Origin: an uncultured delta proteobacterium | GTDB lineage: Bacteria; Desulfobacterota; Binatia; UBA9968 | DNA length: 64,000 nucleotides | Direction of reading: 5' to 3' | Assembly: GCA_963816145.1 (NCBI GenBank) | Contig: CAWFJP010000031.1 | Span: 1-64,000, forward strand | In this document: positions 42,286-54,589 of the stretch, piece by piece | Position numbering within the stretch: the stretch's first letter is position 1 | Layout: each line of letters opens with the position of its first letter | Translations under genes and position numbers: made by a program | The notes under the pieces: model-generated | The model's database searches: none | What the model was told of the DNA's origin: nothing | Seen by the model: only the letters and a program-made list of their open reading frames with translations

Positions 42286-43266
42286 ATGTTAGACAAGGTG
42301 AAACGCAAGGCGATGCTGCGGCAGATGGTTTTGCTGCGGGCATTCGAGGAAAAACTTGAAGAGCTTTATCAGCGAAAAGCGATGTATGGCAGTACGCACT
42401 CTTACCGCGGCCAGGAAGCGATTGCCGTGGGCGTATGTTCGGCGTTGCAGCCGACCGATTTGATCGCCAGCTATCATCGCGGCACCGGCCATTTGATTGC
42501 CAAGGGCGCGGACTTATACACCCTCCTTTGCGAATGCATGGGCCGCGAGGAGGGTTATTCCAAGGGGCGCGGCGGCAAGATGCATATGGGCGATATGGCG
42601 TTCGGTTTTCTCGGCAACACCGGTACCGTCGGAGGCACCGTGCCGACGGCCACCGGCGCAGCATTATCGGCCAAAATCCGCGGCTCGAAAGAAGTCGTCG
42701 CCAGCTTCTTTGGCGACGGCGCAGCCAATCAAGGTGTCGTGCACGAGGCGATGAACCTCGCCGGCGTCTGGAAGCTACCGGTGATTTACGTCTGCGAGAA
42801 TAACCAATACGCCATGACCGTGAGCTTGGAGAAGAGCGTAGCGGTGAAACAATTGTCCGTGCGCGGCGCGGCTTACGGGTTCGAGGGCAAGACCGTCGAC
42901 GGCAACGATGTCGAAGCCGTTTACGAAGCGACAGAGCAAGCTGCGACTAAAGGACGCAGCGGCGGCGGCGCGACGTTTCTCGAATGCCTGACCTATCGTT
43001 GGGACGGTCATTTTGGCGGCGATCCCGGAACCGCCTATCGGACCAAGGAAGAAATCGAATCGTGGAAGCAAAAGTGTCCGATCAAGAGGTTGAAAGAAAA
43101 GTTAATCCAAGAAGGCCATCTTACCGAGGCGGAATTTCAAAAAATGTCCGATGACGTGTACGCCGAGCTGTCGGCCATCGCCAAGCGCGCTGAGGCGGCG
43201 CCGTTGCCGAAGAAAGAAGTCGATCTCGCTTCTATCTATGCGCCAGTTGAGGTGGCCCATGGCTGA
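42286..43266 (+). CDS. TPP-dependent dehydrogenase E1 alpha subunit (AcoA/PdhA-like)
   Basis: GQEA, HRGTGH, GDGAANQG..ENNQY TPP motif. Confidence 0.88.
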   Translation: MLDKVKRKAMLRQMVLLRAFEEKLEELYQRKAMYGSTHSYRGQEAIAVGVCSALQPTDLIASYHRGTGHLIAKGADLYTLLCECMGREEGYSKGRGGKMHMGDMAFGFLGNTGTVGGTVPTATGAALSAKIRGSKEVVASFFGDGAANQGVVHEAMNLAGVWKLPVIYVCENNQYAMTVSLEKSVAVKQLSVRGAAYGFEGKTVDGNDVEAVYEATEQAATKGRSGGGATFLECLTYRWDGHFGGDPGTAYRTKEEIESWKQKCPIKRLKEKLIQEGHLTEAEFQKMSDDVYAELSAIAKRAEAAPLPKKEVDLASIYAPVEVAHG

Positions 43267-44278
43267 TGCAGCGGCGAATCAAAGCGAAAGTAAACAGATG
43301 CGCATGCAGGAAGCGCTGCGCGAAGCGCTCCGTTCTGAGATGGCGCGCGACCCTCGCGTGTTTGTCATGGGCGAGGATGTGGCGTTGTTTGGCGGCGCTT
43401 ACGGTGTGACGCGCGGCTTGATCCAAGAGTTCGGCGACAAGCGCGTGCTCGACACCCCGATCTCCGAATCGGCGTTGGTTGGCCTGGCTGTCGGTGCAGC
43501 GATCAACGGCATGCGTCCAGTGGTGGAAATTCAGTTTGCCGATTTGCTGCCGCTCGCCATGGATCAGTTGGCGTCGCACGCGGCGCGTTATCATTATATG
43601 ACCGGGGGCCGAGTGAGTGTGCCGATGGTGATCCGCACCAAGTTCGCCACCCGTGCCGGCGGCGGACCGAGCCACTCGAGCTGCAACCATGGCGCGTTCA
43701 TTCATTTTCCCGGATTGAAGATCGCCATGCCGACGACGCCAGCCGACGCCAAAGGGATGCTACTATCGGCGATTCGCGATCCCAACCCGGTGCTGTTCTT
43801 CGAGAGTCATCATCTTTATGGCGTACGCGGTCCGGTGCCGGAAGGCGACTATACCGTGCCGATCGGCAAGGCGGTGGTGCGCCGCGCCGGAAAAGACCTG
43901 ACGATCGTCACCTGCGGCGGTATGGTGTTAAAAGCCGACGCTGCTGCCGATGAACTGAAGCAGAAAGGCATCGATGTCGAGATCGTCGATCTGCGCTCGC
44001 TCGCACCGTTGGACAAAGAGACGATTCTTGCCTCCGTTGCGAAAACCAAGCGCGCCATCGTCCTCGACGAAGGACCGATAATCGGCGGCATCTCCGCTGA
44101 GGTCGCGGCGATGATCCAAGAAAACTTATTTTCCGACTTGAAAGGTCCAGTCGTGCGCATCGCCGCGCAGCCGATCCCACCGCCGCACAGCCCGCCGCTG
44201 GTCGACGCGATGATCCCCGATGTCGATCAGGTTGTTGATGCTGTGATGCGCTTGGCTGAGGGCGGCAAGCTCGCCTAA
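43259..44278 (+). CDS. TPP-dependent dehydrogenase E1 beta subunit (AcoB/PdhB-like)
   Basis: MGEDV, DTPISE, RPVVEIQF, DLRSLAPLD. Confidence 0.88.
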   Translation: MADAAANQSESKQMRMQEALREALRSEMARDPRVFVMGEDVALFGGAYGVTRGLIQEFGDKRVLDTPISESALVGLAVGAAINGMRPVVEIQFADLLPLAMDQLASHAARYHYMTGGRVSVPMVIRTKFATRAGGGPSHSSCNHGAFIHFPGLKIAMPTTPADAKGMLLSAIRDPNPVLFFESHHLYGVRGPVPEGDYTVPIGKAVVRRAGKDLTIVTCGGMVLKADAAADELKQKGIDVEIVDLRSLAPLDKETILASVAKTKRAIVLDEGPIIGGISAEVAAMIQENLFSDLKGPVVRIAAQPIPPPHSPPLVDAMIPDVDQVVDAVMRLAEGGKLA

Positions 44279-44784
44279 CTGCACCTTCGAATTGCCGAAA
44301 ACTTTTCTCCTTGAGCTCGCGGTGACGGTGGATTTAGCGCCGTCCGCGAGCTTTTTTCTTGGCGAGGGGAGAAAATTGATCCTGCTCAGTGGTTTTCCGC
44401 GAGTTGAGCAATCTGATGGAGCGCACCGTGTTGTAAAAAGCCGGTGCGACCATCGAACCGGACAACTTGGCTCTCAGGCCCGCTAGTGCTAACTAGGCTG
44501 CGTCCAAAGACAGCGGCTCGGTGCTAAGATCGATCTTTCCAAAGGCATCGTTCTCGACGATCTCGAACGAACCATCATCGAAGCGGTGCTGAGCCGCACC
44601 GGATGGAATCCTACGCCGGCGGCGCACCTGTTTGGTGGTCGCGCGAAATGCTGCGTTACCATATCGAGAGAAATACGCCTTGAGAGCACCAGGCACCGGA
44701 ACAGATTGTTAAATTGCCCGGTGAAAGTTCAATTGCCCACCTGATTTCACCGGCATTCCGACAACAAACGATCCAGTCTGCGCA

Positions 44785-45405
44785 TCATGTCACCGGAATC
44801 ATGATGTGGGTTTGATACGGTTTATGTTGCTTGATGGCGTCGTACCAGCGCTCGATATGCGGCTGTTTGGGACGGTCGATGGGTAAATTAAACCAGCGGT
44901 AGGCCCAAACACCTAGCGGAATATCGCCCAGCGAAAACTCCTCGCCGCCGAGAAAGCGGTTCTTTGCCAGGTGATCCTCGACCATTTGCCAAGCCCTGAC
45001 AGTTTTATCGAGCGCCGCTTGAATCGCCTGGGGATCGCGTTTATCCGGCGGAGTTCGAATCGTCGCGAAAAACAACGGTACGATCACCGGATTGAATGCC
45101 GAGAGCTGCCAATCCATCCAGCGATTGGCATTGGCCATCCCCTCGGGTGATGCAGGCAACAGTTTGCCATTGCCGTATTTGGCGTTGAGGTAACGCATGA
45201 TGCTGTTCGATTCCCACAGCACGAAATCGCCGTCCTTGATGGTTGGCACCAAGCCATTGGGATTCATGGCGGCATATTCAGGATCTTTGTTGCCGCCAAA
45301 CTTGCCGCCCCAATCCAGACGCTCGAATTGCACGCCGAGCTCGCCGCAACACCAGAGCACTTTTTGCACGTTTGAAGAATCAGTTCGACCCCAGATCTTA
45401 ATCAT
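44785..45405 (-). CDS. Glutathione S-transferase (GstB-like)
   Basis: IWGRTDSSNVQKVLW, NPNGLVP, LWESNSIMRYL, RWMDWQ. Confidence 0.88.
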   Translation of the reverse strand: MIKIWGRTDSSNVQKVLWCCGELGVQFERLDWGGKFGGNKDPEYAAMNPNGLVPTIKDGDFVLWESNSIMRYLNAKYGNGKLLPASPEGMANANRWMDWQLSAFNPVIVPLFFATIRTPPDKRDPQAIQAALDKTVRAWQMVEDHLAKNRFLGGEEFSLGDIPLGVWAYRWFNLPIDRPKQPHIERWYDAIKQHKPYQTHIMIPVT

Positions 45406-45543
45406 CGTCGCCTCCGTTAGTGGCAGTTTTGCCGCACTACTTATCATCGTTTCCGTCCAATGGGTAGCGCCGCTGGCCGCTGTAGTTTTACGGCAATTTC
45501 TGCTAGGAGTGACGGATCAAATCTATCGGAAAGCGAGTTGGGC

Positions 45544-45933
45544 ATGAATAACGTGGCGATCTTTACCGCGGTGATGATTGGCAGTGCCCTGTTCAGCGGG
45601 ATGACCTGTTGGGCGCAGGATCAGGCCGACGGGCGTAAGCTGTACGCCAGCTATTGCGCCAGTTGTCATGGTGAGAAAGGGAAGGGCGATGGCGTGGCGG
45701 CTAGATCGCTGCCGGCCAAACCCGCCGACCACACCAATGGCGCGGTCATGAACCAGCTCAACGATAAATTTCTCATGGAAGTCATCACCAAGGGTGGCAG
45801 TGCGGTGGGCAAGTCCAATTTCATGCCCCCCTGGGGCGGTGCTCTTAATGAAAAACAGATCCGCGACCTAGTGGTTTTCATACGGACCCTCGCAGTTCCC
45901 CCCTACAAGGGCGAGGCGCCGGTGAGTAAGTGA
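45544..45933 (+). CDS. Monohaem class I cytochrome c
   Basis: Signal peptide, CASCHG, distal MPPW. Confidence 0.85.
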   Translation: MNNVAIFTAVMIGSALFSGMTCWAQDQADGRKLYASYCASCHGEKGKGDGVAARSLPAKPADHTNGAVMNQLNDKFLMEVITKGGSAVGKSNFMPPWGGALNEKQIRDLVVFIRTLAVPPYKGEAPVSK

Positions 45934-46045
45934 AAAATCGCTAAATTTCTCGTCTGACCCCCTTGACGATTGGCTTTGCGAGATTAAATTGACCGCATCC
46001 AACCGTTCTGGATATCTAAATCTTTGTTTTACTTAGGAGGGTGCT

Positions 46046-47976
<1,931 letters not shown>

Positions 47977-47996
47977 AAGTTACTGTCGATCGAATC

Positions 47997-48030
47997 AAAA
48001 AGGCGCTCGGGAAACCGAGCGCCTTTTTTT
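47997..48030. terminator. Bidirectional rho-independent terminator
   Basis: aaaaaggcgctcgg-gaaa-ccgagcgcctttttttt. Confidence 0.88.
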
Positions 48031-48077
48031 GTGCTTATAGCCCGTTTATTCCCATCCCAGCTGAGTGAAATTTTAGT

Positions 48078-48282
48078 TTAACAAAGACCGACGGCGCAGG
48101 CGTGCCCAATTCGGTGAAAGGCAATAACGGTGTTTATGGTTTCAACGCAGCCACCTATTATCGGTTTCAAGAGCGGCTTGGCGCCTTTGAAAAGTTGCTT
48201 TGCTCGTTTCGCCCCGAGTATGACAAGTTCGAAGCGATTAGGGACTTTTTTGCAGACAATCTTCGACTGTGATGCGTGCCAT
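48078..48282 (-). pseudogene. rpoZ: RNA polymerase omega subunit, frameshifted or degenerate
   Basis: MARITVEDCLQ, then after an A6 run KVPNRFELVILGAKRAKQLFKGAKPL; C-terminus degenerate. Confidence 0.75.
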
Positions 48283-48304
48283 AACAACCAACACTGGGAA
48301 ACGG

Positions 48305-48335
48305 AAAAAGGGGAAGCTATTGAGCTTCCCCTTTC
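48305..48335 (-). terminator. Terminator hairpin after Hsp20
   Basis: aaaaaggggaagct-attg-agcttcccctttc. Confidence 0.75.
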
Positions 48336-48357
48336 TGACCGGCGGGCCGCTGGACGG

Positions 48358-48804
48358 TTAATTTACGCTGATGGCGATCTGCTTGGGTTTGGCTTCGTCC
48401 GCTTTAGGAACATGAACCTCCAGGATGCCGTCGCGGAATGTCGCATTGATGCCATCCTGCTTGATTGTCTGTGGTAGATAAAAGCTGCGGGCAAATTTCC
48501 CCGAGGTCCGCTCCGAGCGATGATATCTAACACCGTCCGCTGGTTCCTCGAATTTCTTTTCACCGCTGAGCGTCAGAGCTCCTTCTTTGAATTCGACGCT
48601 GATCGTTTCCTTCGTCATTCCGGGTAGCTCTGCTCGAATCAGATAGGAATCCGGGCTTTCCAAAATGTCCACCGCAGGCGACCACCCGCTGGAGTAAGGC
48701 TGTAAGTGGCCATTAGCCCTGTCAAGAACACCATCGAAAAGCGCGTTAATCCGGGACTGCATCTTAGTTAGCCCGTCAAACGGCTCCCATCTTACCAAAT
48801 CCAT
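48358..48804 (-). CDS. Hsp20/alpha-crystallin small heat-shock protein
   Basis: PAVDI, AELPG, LTLSGEK, ERTSGKFARSF, DGILEV. Confidence 0.92.
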   Translation of the reverse strand: MDLVRWEPFDGLTKMQSRINALFDGVLDRANGHLQPYSSGWSPAVDILESPDSYLIRAELPGMTKETISVEFKEGALTLSGEKKFEEPADGVRYHRSERTSGKFARSFYLPQTIKQDGINATFRDGILEVHVPKADEAKPKQIAISVN

Positions 48805-48840
48805 CGGTTACTCCTCCCTTCAAGTGAGATTTATATTAAA

Positions 48841-48890
48841 AAGCTAAGAACGCCTGAGTGAGTTGTCAAGTCGACTGCCGACCTTGACAA
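48841..48890. promoter_or_regulatory. Putative back-to-back sigma70 promoters (hsp20 / lon)
   Basis: Minus strand TTGACA-N17-TAGCTT; plus-strand TTGACA at ~48884. Confidence 0.55.
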
Positions 48891-49027
48891 ATCGAATCCG
48901 CAGTCACAAGTTTTGCAAGTATTTCAACATCTTTTGCGACGCCGCTATGACAACAGCGATCCAAGGAGCAGTGGCCCACGAATCAGCTACCTGACAAATG
49001 CTTCGAGGATGATTAAATTGGTCAACA

Positions 49028-51507
49028 TGAGTGAGCAAAACTACATCAACGATGGCATGACCACTGATACCCTGGACGATCGCCCAACCAGTCGGGGGCG
49101 AAGCAATCCTTCGCCGCTCGATGCCGCTTGGCCTGACGACGCGATGATCATACTGCCGCTGCGCAACTCGGTGTTATTTCCCTTGGTGCTTGCGCCGCTG
49201 AGCTTTCGCCGAAAGATGAGCGTTCAGGCGGTTGAGGAGGCGGTGCGCCGGGAAAAACCGGTCGGCGTTGTGTGCCAGCGCGATCCCGCGACGGCCGCGC
49301 CGCAACCGATCGATCTTTACTCGGTTGGGACCAGCGCGCAAATCTTGCGCGTCGGCAGACTCCCCAACGGTCTGCATCAAGTTTATGCGCAGGGCGGGCG
49401 TCGGTTCAAAATCGTCGACTACCTGCAAACCGAGCCCTTCCTGGTCGCGCGTGTGACGTATCTCGACGACGCGAAACCCGACTCGAAAGAGTTTGAAGCG
49501 CAGGTTCTGCATTTGCGCCAAACGATGCAGCATGCGCTCGCGCTCATGCCGGCTTCTGCGCCGGAGGTTTCCGCAGTCGTGGAGGGTCTGAAGGATGCCT
49601 CTGGATTTATCGATTTCGTGGCTTCGTGGCTCGATGTGTCGCTGGAAGAGAAACAGGAAATCCTGGAAACCATCGATCTCGATACCCGGGTGAAGAAAGT
49701 CGCGGCGAAGCTGCGCCGACAGGTGGAAATCCTCGAACTTACCAAAAAGATCGGTACCGACGCGAAGGATGCGATGGATCGGTCGCAGCGGGAGTATATG
49801 CTGCGCGAGCAGCTGAAGGCGATCCGCAAAGAACTCGGCGAGTCCGAGGGCAAGGCGACCGAGTTCGACGACCTGAAAAAGAAAATCGCCGCGGCTAAAA
49901 TGTCCGAGCAGGCCGAGCAAGAAGCGCTGAAATCGGTTGCCCGGCTCGAGCGTATGGCCGAGGGCGCGCCAGAGTACTCGATGGTCCGGTCGCACTTGGA
50001 CTGGCTGCTTGACTTGCCGTGGAATATTACAACCGAGGAGAATATCGATCTCGCCAAGGCGCGCGCCGTACTCGACGCCGACCACCACGATCTCGCCAAA
50101 GTGAAAAAGCGGCTGATCGAATTTCTTGCGGTACGCAAACTCAATCCGCAGGGCAAGAGTCCGATCTTGTGCTTTGTCGGACCTCCGGGCGTCGGTAAGA
50201 CATCCCTGGGTCAAAGTATCGCGACGGCGATGAATCGAAAATTTGTCCGGCAAAGTTTGGGCGGGGTGCATGATGAAGCCGAAATCCGCGGCCATCGGCG
50301 CACTTATATCGGCGCACTTCCAGGTCGTATTATTCAGGGCCTAAAGCGCGCCGGCAGTAAGAATCCGGTGTTCATGCTCGACGAGGTCGATAAATTGAGT
50401 GCTAGTTATCAAGGCGATCCGAGTTCAGCGCTGCTTGAGGTGCTAGATCCGGAACAAAACGATAGCTTTCAGGATCATTACATCGATGCGCCCTTCGATT
50501 TGAGCCAGGTGTTGTTTGTCGCAACGGCCAATGTGCTCGATACCGTTCCCGCACCGTTGCGCGACCGCATGGAGGTGATCGAGCTGCCAGGGTACGCGGA
50601 GGAGGACAAAGCGATCATCGCGCGCCGCTATTTGGTGCCGCGCCAACTAAAAGCCGTCGGGTTGACCAACGAGCAGATGACCATCAGCGATGACGCCCTC
50701 GGTGAAGTCGTCCGCGCCTATACGCGTGAGGCCGGGGTGCGCCAGCTCGAACGGGAGATTGGCGCCATCTGCCGCGGCGTCGCCACTCGCTTTGCTGAAG
50801 GGAACAGCGAGCCGGTCAGCGTGAATGTGCACTCGGTAAAGACCTATTTGGGAACGGCAAAATATTTCAACGAAGTGGCACTGCGCACGAGTCTGCCCGG
50901 CGTGGCCACCGGTCTCGCTTGGACGGCCGTGGGCGGCGATATCTTGTTTGTCGAAGCGACTAAGATGAGCGGTGAAGGCAAGCTTCTTCTCACCGGACAA
51001 TTGGGCGACGTCATGAAGGAGAGCGCCCAGGCCGCGCTTAGCCTAGTGAAGTCGCGCTCGGCATCGCTCGGGCTCGATGACGGTCTGTTCAAACGGCTGG
51101 ACTTGCACGTGCATCTGCCAGCAGGGGCGATTCCCAAGGACGGGCCGAGCGCAGGAGTAACATTGTTCACTGCTTTGGTCTCGTTGCTGACCGGACGCCG
51201 GGTACGCAACGACGTGGCGATGACCGGCGAAATTAGTTTGCGTGGCCTCGTCTTACCGGTGGGTGGTATCAAAGAAAAAGTTCTCGCCGCCAAGCGCGCC
51301 GGAATCCACACCGTGCTGCTCCCGGCACTCAATCATAAAGATCTAGAAGAGTTGCCGGTTGGTGTGCGTGAAACGATGCACTTTGAATTGGTTGAAACTG
51401 TCGACGATGTGCTTGAGCATGGGTTGGAAACTGCGCCGGAACATCCAGTGCTTAACCCGAAAGTCCATGCGCCGGAACAAACCGACCTGGCGGCCTGGCA
51501 GCATTGA
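49028..51507 (+). CDS. lon: ATP-dependent Lon protease
   Basis: [43 protein letters not shown]; start uncertain. Confidence 0.94.
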
Positions 51508-51608
51508 GCATGCGTCAATTCCGTAGCACACTCGATCGTGTTGCATAGAGACAGAAAGCGTAACTCAATTGACAAGGGCGTGCTCAAAGCGAAGGAGGTA
51601 AAACGTTT

Positions 51609-52064
51609 ATGGCTCAATGGAATCTCTTTGCGGATATGGATGCTCTGCGGGATGAGATCGACCGGACTATCGAAAACTTTGGTTTTAGCCGGTCGCCATC
51701 GCGAGGGCCGGCGTTTCTCCCCGGGCGTGAACCGAGACGCTATCCCTTGATCAACCTGCTGGAAGACAAAGACAACCTTTACATCGAAGCCTTGACTCCC
51801 GGGGTCGATCCGAAAACCATCAACGTTACTGCGTTGCAAAATCGTTTGACTCTTTCGGGCGAGAAAAGCGGCGTTAAAGATATTCGCCCGGAAGCGTTCC
51901 ACCGCAACGAGCGAGCGAGCGGCAAGTTTGTCCGGACCATCGATTTGCCGATGGAGGTCGATGAAGCAAAGATTCAAGCGGAATATAAGAACGGCTTGCT
52001 GTTGTTGACTCTGCCCAAGGCTGAAAAAGCCAAACCTAAGCAGATCACGGTTAAGGTAAACTAA
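51609..52064 (+). CDS. Hsp20 small heat-shock protein
   Basis: YPLINL, ERASGKFVR, NGLL..LPKAE. Confidence 0.9.
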   Translation: MAQWNLFADMDALRDEIDRTIENFGFSRSPSRGPAFLPGREPRRYPLINLLEDKDNLYIEALTPGVDPKTINVTALQNRLTLSGEKSGVKDIRPEAFHRNERASGKFVRTIDLPMEVDEAKIQAEYKNGLLLLTLPKAEKAKPKQITVKVN

Positions 52065-52090
52065 AAGATTATTTACTGGAGGAACCCATT

Positions 52091-52489
52091 ATGGCTGAAA
52101 GAACTGTGGCAGCTAACCCTCAAGAAAAATCTCCGGCTAGCCGGGAAGAGACTCGCAGCCAGGAACAATATATCACCCCGCCTGTCGATATTTATGAGAC
52201 CGCGGAGGGACTGGTGGTGACAGCCGATCTGCCGGGTGTTGCTAAGGAAGGACTTGACGTTAGAGTCGAAAATCATCTTCTGACCATACGGGGCAAGGCC
52301 GCGCACATCGGGTCCGGCGAGCCGGTCTACCGAGAATACGGCTTGGTGAATTTCTTTCGACAGTTCGAATTAAATGAGCGGGTCGACGCGAGCAAAATTT
52401 CCGCCGAACTCAAGCATGGTGTATTGACACTAAACTTGCCAAAAGCGGAAGAGGCCAAACCGAGAAAGATTGAAGTTATAACCGCGTAG
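52091..52489 (+). CDS. Hsp20 small heat-shock protein
   Basis: PPVDIYE, ADLPGV, HGVLTLNLPKAE. Confidence 0.9.
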   Translation: MAERTVAANPQEKSPASREETRSQEQYITPPVDIYETAEGLVVTADLPGVAKEGLDVRVENHLLTIRGKAAHIGSGEPVYREYGLVNFFRQFELNERVDASKISAELKHGVLTLNLPKAEEAKPRKIEVITA

Positions 52490-52769
52490 CTCTACAGCGA
52501 TTTCCTTCAGGCCTGTGCCGCCAGGGGACGGTCGGGTTCGAATACCTAAAACTCAAGAGCCGTGGGAAAGGCGCATATGACATGAGTTCGCGCGCCTCCC
52601 GCGGCATTTCTATTCGGGAGTCGCGATCGTTGTCACCCCCTTTAACCCGGATCATTGACATATCCAGCTTTGCAACACCTAGCGATTACGAAGTCTCGAT
52701 CGGAGTGCCTAAGCTGCCTCTCGTCACGGTTCCTAGAATAGAGATTGGCTATTACGTGTCTGAAAATTT

Positions 52770-52796
52770 CAGAGGGGAAGCGCTGGCTTCCCCTCT
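52770..52796 (-). terminator. Terminator-like hairpin after Hsp20
   Basis: cagaggggaagc-gctg-gcttcccctctg. Confidence 0.65.
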
Positions 52797-52822
52797 GCTG
52801 ACTGATCCCTGCCGGTGGCAAT

Positions 52823-53269
52823 TTAGTTGAGCGTAATCGCAATTTGGCGCGGCTTGGCTTCCTCTGCTTTGGGAACATGAATTTCCAGGATACCGTCACG
52901 ATAGTTAGCCTTAATGCCGTCTTGTTGCACTGATTGCGGCAGATAGAACGACCGGGAGAACTTGCCGTTTTCCCGTTCCGCGCGATGATACGCTACGCCA
53001 TCGGTCAGCGGCTCAGACTTGCGTTCGCCGCTGAGCGTTAAAGTCCCATCATTGACTTCTAAGTTGAAGTCTTCTTTCGTCATGCCTGGAAGCTCGGCGC
53101 GGATCAGATAAGCGTCCTTGCTTTCCAAGATATCCACCGGAGGCATCCAGACTCCCGCGGTCGCCGAAGGCAGAGTCCGTGGACGGCCCAACCCCTCATC
53201 GAACAGATCGTTGATGCGGTTATGCAGCCGGCTCAATCCTTCAAAAGGTTCCCATCTTACCAGTTCCAT
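52823..53269 (-). CDS. Hsp20 small heat-shock protein (close paralogue of 48358-48804)
   Basis: MELVRWEPFEGL, VDILES..YLIRAELPGMTKE, DGILEIHVPKAEEAKP. Confidence 0.92.
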   Translation of the reverse strand: MELVRWEPFEGLSRLHNRINDLFDEGLGRPRTLPSATAGVWMPPVDILESKDAYLIRAELPGMTKEDFNLEVNDGTLTLSGERKSEPLTDGVAYHRAERENGKFSRSFYLPQSVQQDGIKANYRDGILEIHVPKAEEAKPRQIAITLN

Positions 53270-53419
53270 AAATGCCCCTCCTTTCAAGGGTGTCGATTAA
53301 GATGGCGAAAACCTAAGTACGCATGGGCGACCTGTCAATCGGCTTGACAAACTAGCCGGGTGCCACTAGTTTTTACCGATTCGCCACGGTGAAGTGTGGG
53401 ATCGGACCAGGGAAATCCA

Positions 53420-54556
53420 ATGCATAAACAACCACTAACTATCTCGATTTCGCGTTTGGCGAAATACTTCTGGCCGGCGGTTGCATTGTCGTCGGCGGCT
53501 TTCTTGCTGGTGCAGCAATCATGGTTGGGCGGCGCCACGCTAACTAATCCGAAGGCGCCGCCGCGCTCGGTAACGCCCCGCGGCGAATTGATGCCGGAAG
53601 AAAAATCCACGATCACGATTTTTAGGCAGGCGTCGCCGTCGGTGGTCAACATCACTTCCATCGGCATCGAACGCGACATGTTCACGCTTAATCAATATCA
53701 GATACCCCAAGGCACGGGTTCCGGTTTCATCTGGGACAATACCGGCAACGTCATCACCAATTTTCATGTCATTCAAAATGCCGATGCGGCGCAGGTGACG
53801 TTGGCGGATCAGTCCACATACAAGGCGCGCGTGGTCGGCGTGTCGCCGGACAAAGATTTGGCGGTATTGCGGATCGATGCGCCAGCCGCCAAGCTGCAAG
53901 CGATTCCGTTAGGCACTTCCAAAGATTTGCAAGTGGGCCAGAGTGTCTTTGCCATCGGCAATCCCTTCGGTCTCGATCAGACGCTCACCACCGGCGTAAT
54001 CAGCGCGCTCAATCGCGAAATCGAGTCGGTGACACGCCGGCCCATCCAAGGCGTGATTCAATCGGACGCGGCGATCAATCCGGGAAACTCCGGCGGTCCC
54101 TTGCTCGACAGCGCCGGCCGTCTGATCGGCGTCAACACGGCGATCTACAGTCCATCCGGTGCATCGGCGGGAATCGGTTTCGCGATTCCCGTGGATACGG
54201 TGAACCGCATCGTCACCGAGCTGATCCGCTCTGGCAAAGTCACCAGACCGGGCTTGGGCGTGCAAGTCGCCGATGAACAAATCGCGCAGCGCTTGGGCGT
54301 GAGTGGTGTGTTGATCGTCGATGTGGCGCAGGGCAGCGCGGCGGCGAAGGCCGGAGTGCAACCGACGCGGCGCGATAACACCGGCAGAGTGAGGTTGGGC
54401 GATATCATTACCGCTATCGACGGCAAAAAAATCGAGTCGCCCAATGATTTGTTTCTTGCCCTTGAGAAGTACAAAGTCGGTGAGTCAGTGAATTTCACCC
54501 TGTTGCGAAACGACCGAACCGTCCAACTTAAGATCGCGCTCGAGGCGGTTCAGTAG
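53420..54556 (+). CDS. HtrA/DegQ-family serine protease with PDZ domain
   Basis: GTGSGF, TNFHV, DLAVL, DAAINPGNSGGPL. Confidence 0.92.
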   Translation: MHKQPLTISISRLAKYFWPAVALSSAAFLLVQQSWLGGATLTNPKAPPRSVTPRGELMPEEKSTITIFRQASPSVVNITSIGIERDMFTLNQYQIPQGTGSGFIWDNTGNVITNFHVIQNADAAQVTLADQSTYKARVVGVSPDKDLAVLRIDAPAAKLQAIPLGTSKDLQVGQSVFAIGNPFGLDQTLTTGVISALNREIESVTRRPIQGVIQSDAAINPGNSGGPLLDSAGRLIGVNTAIYSPSGASAGIGFAIPVDTVNRIVTELIRSGKVTRPGLGVQVADEQIAQRLGVSGVLIVDVAQGSAAAKAGVQPTRRDNTGRVRLGDIITAIDGKKIESPNDLFLALEKYKVGESVNFTLLRNDRTVQLKIALEAVQ

Positions 54557-54589
54557 CAATGGGCCGGCCAAAATCGGCTATGCGTTCGG

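Noticed and set aside
44290-44780. Short ORFs between E1 beta and GST
   Set aside because: No RBS, motif or family recognised.
51500-51590. TAGCACACTC and TTGAGCA..TGCTCAA as CIRCE or HAIR operators
   Set aside because: Only half-sites or wrong spacing.
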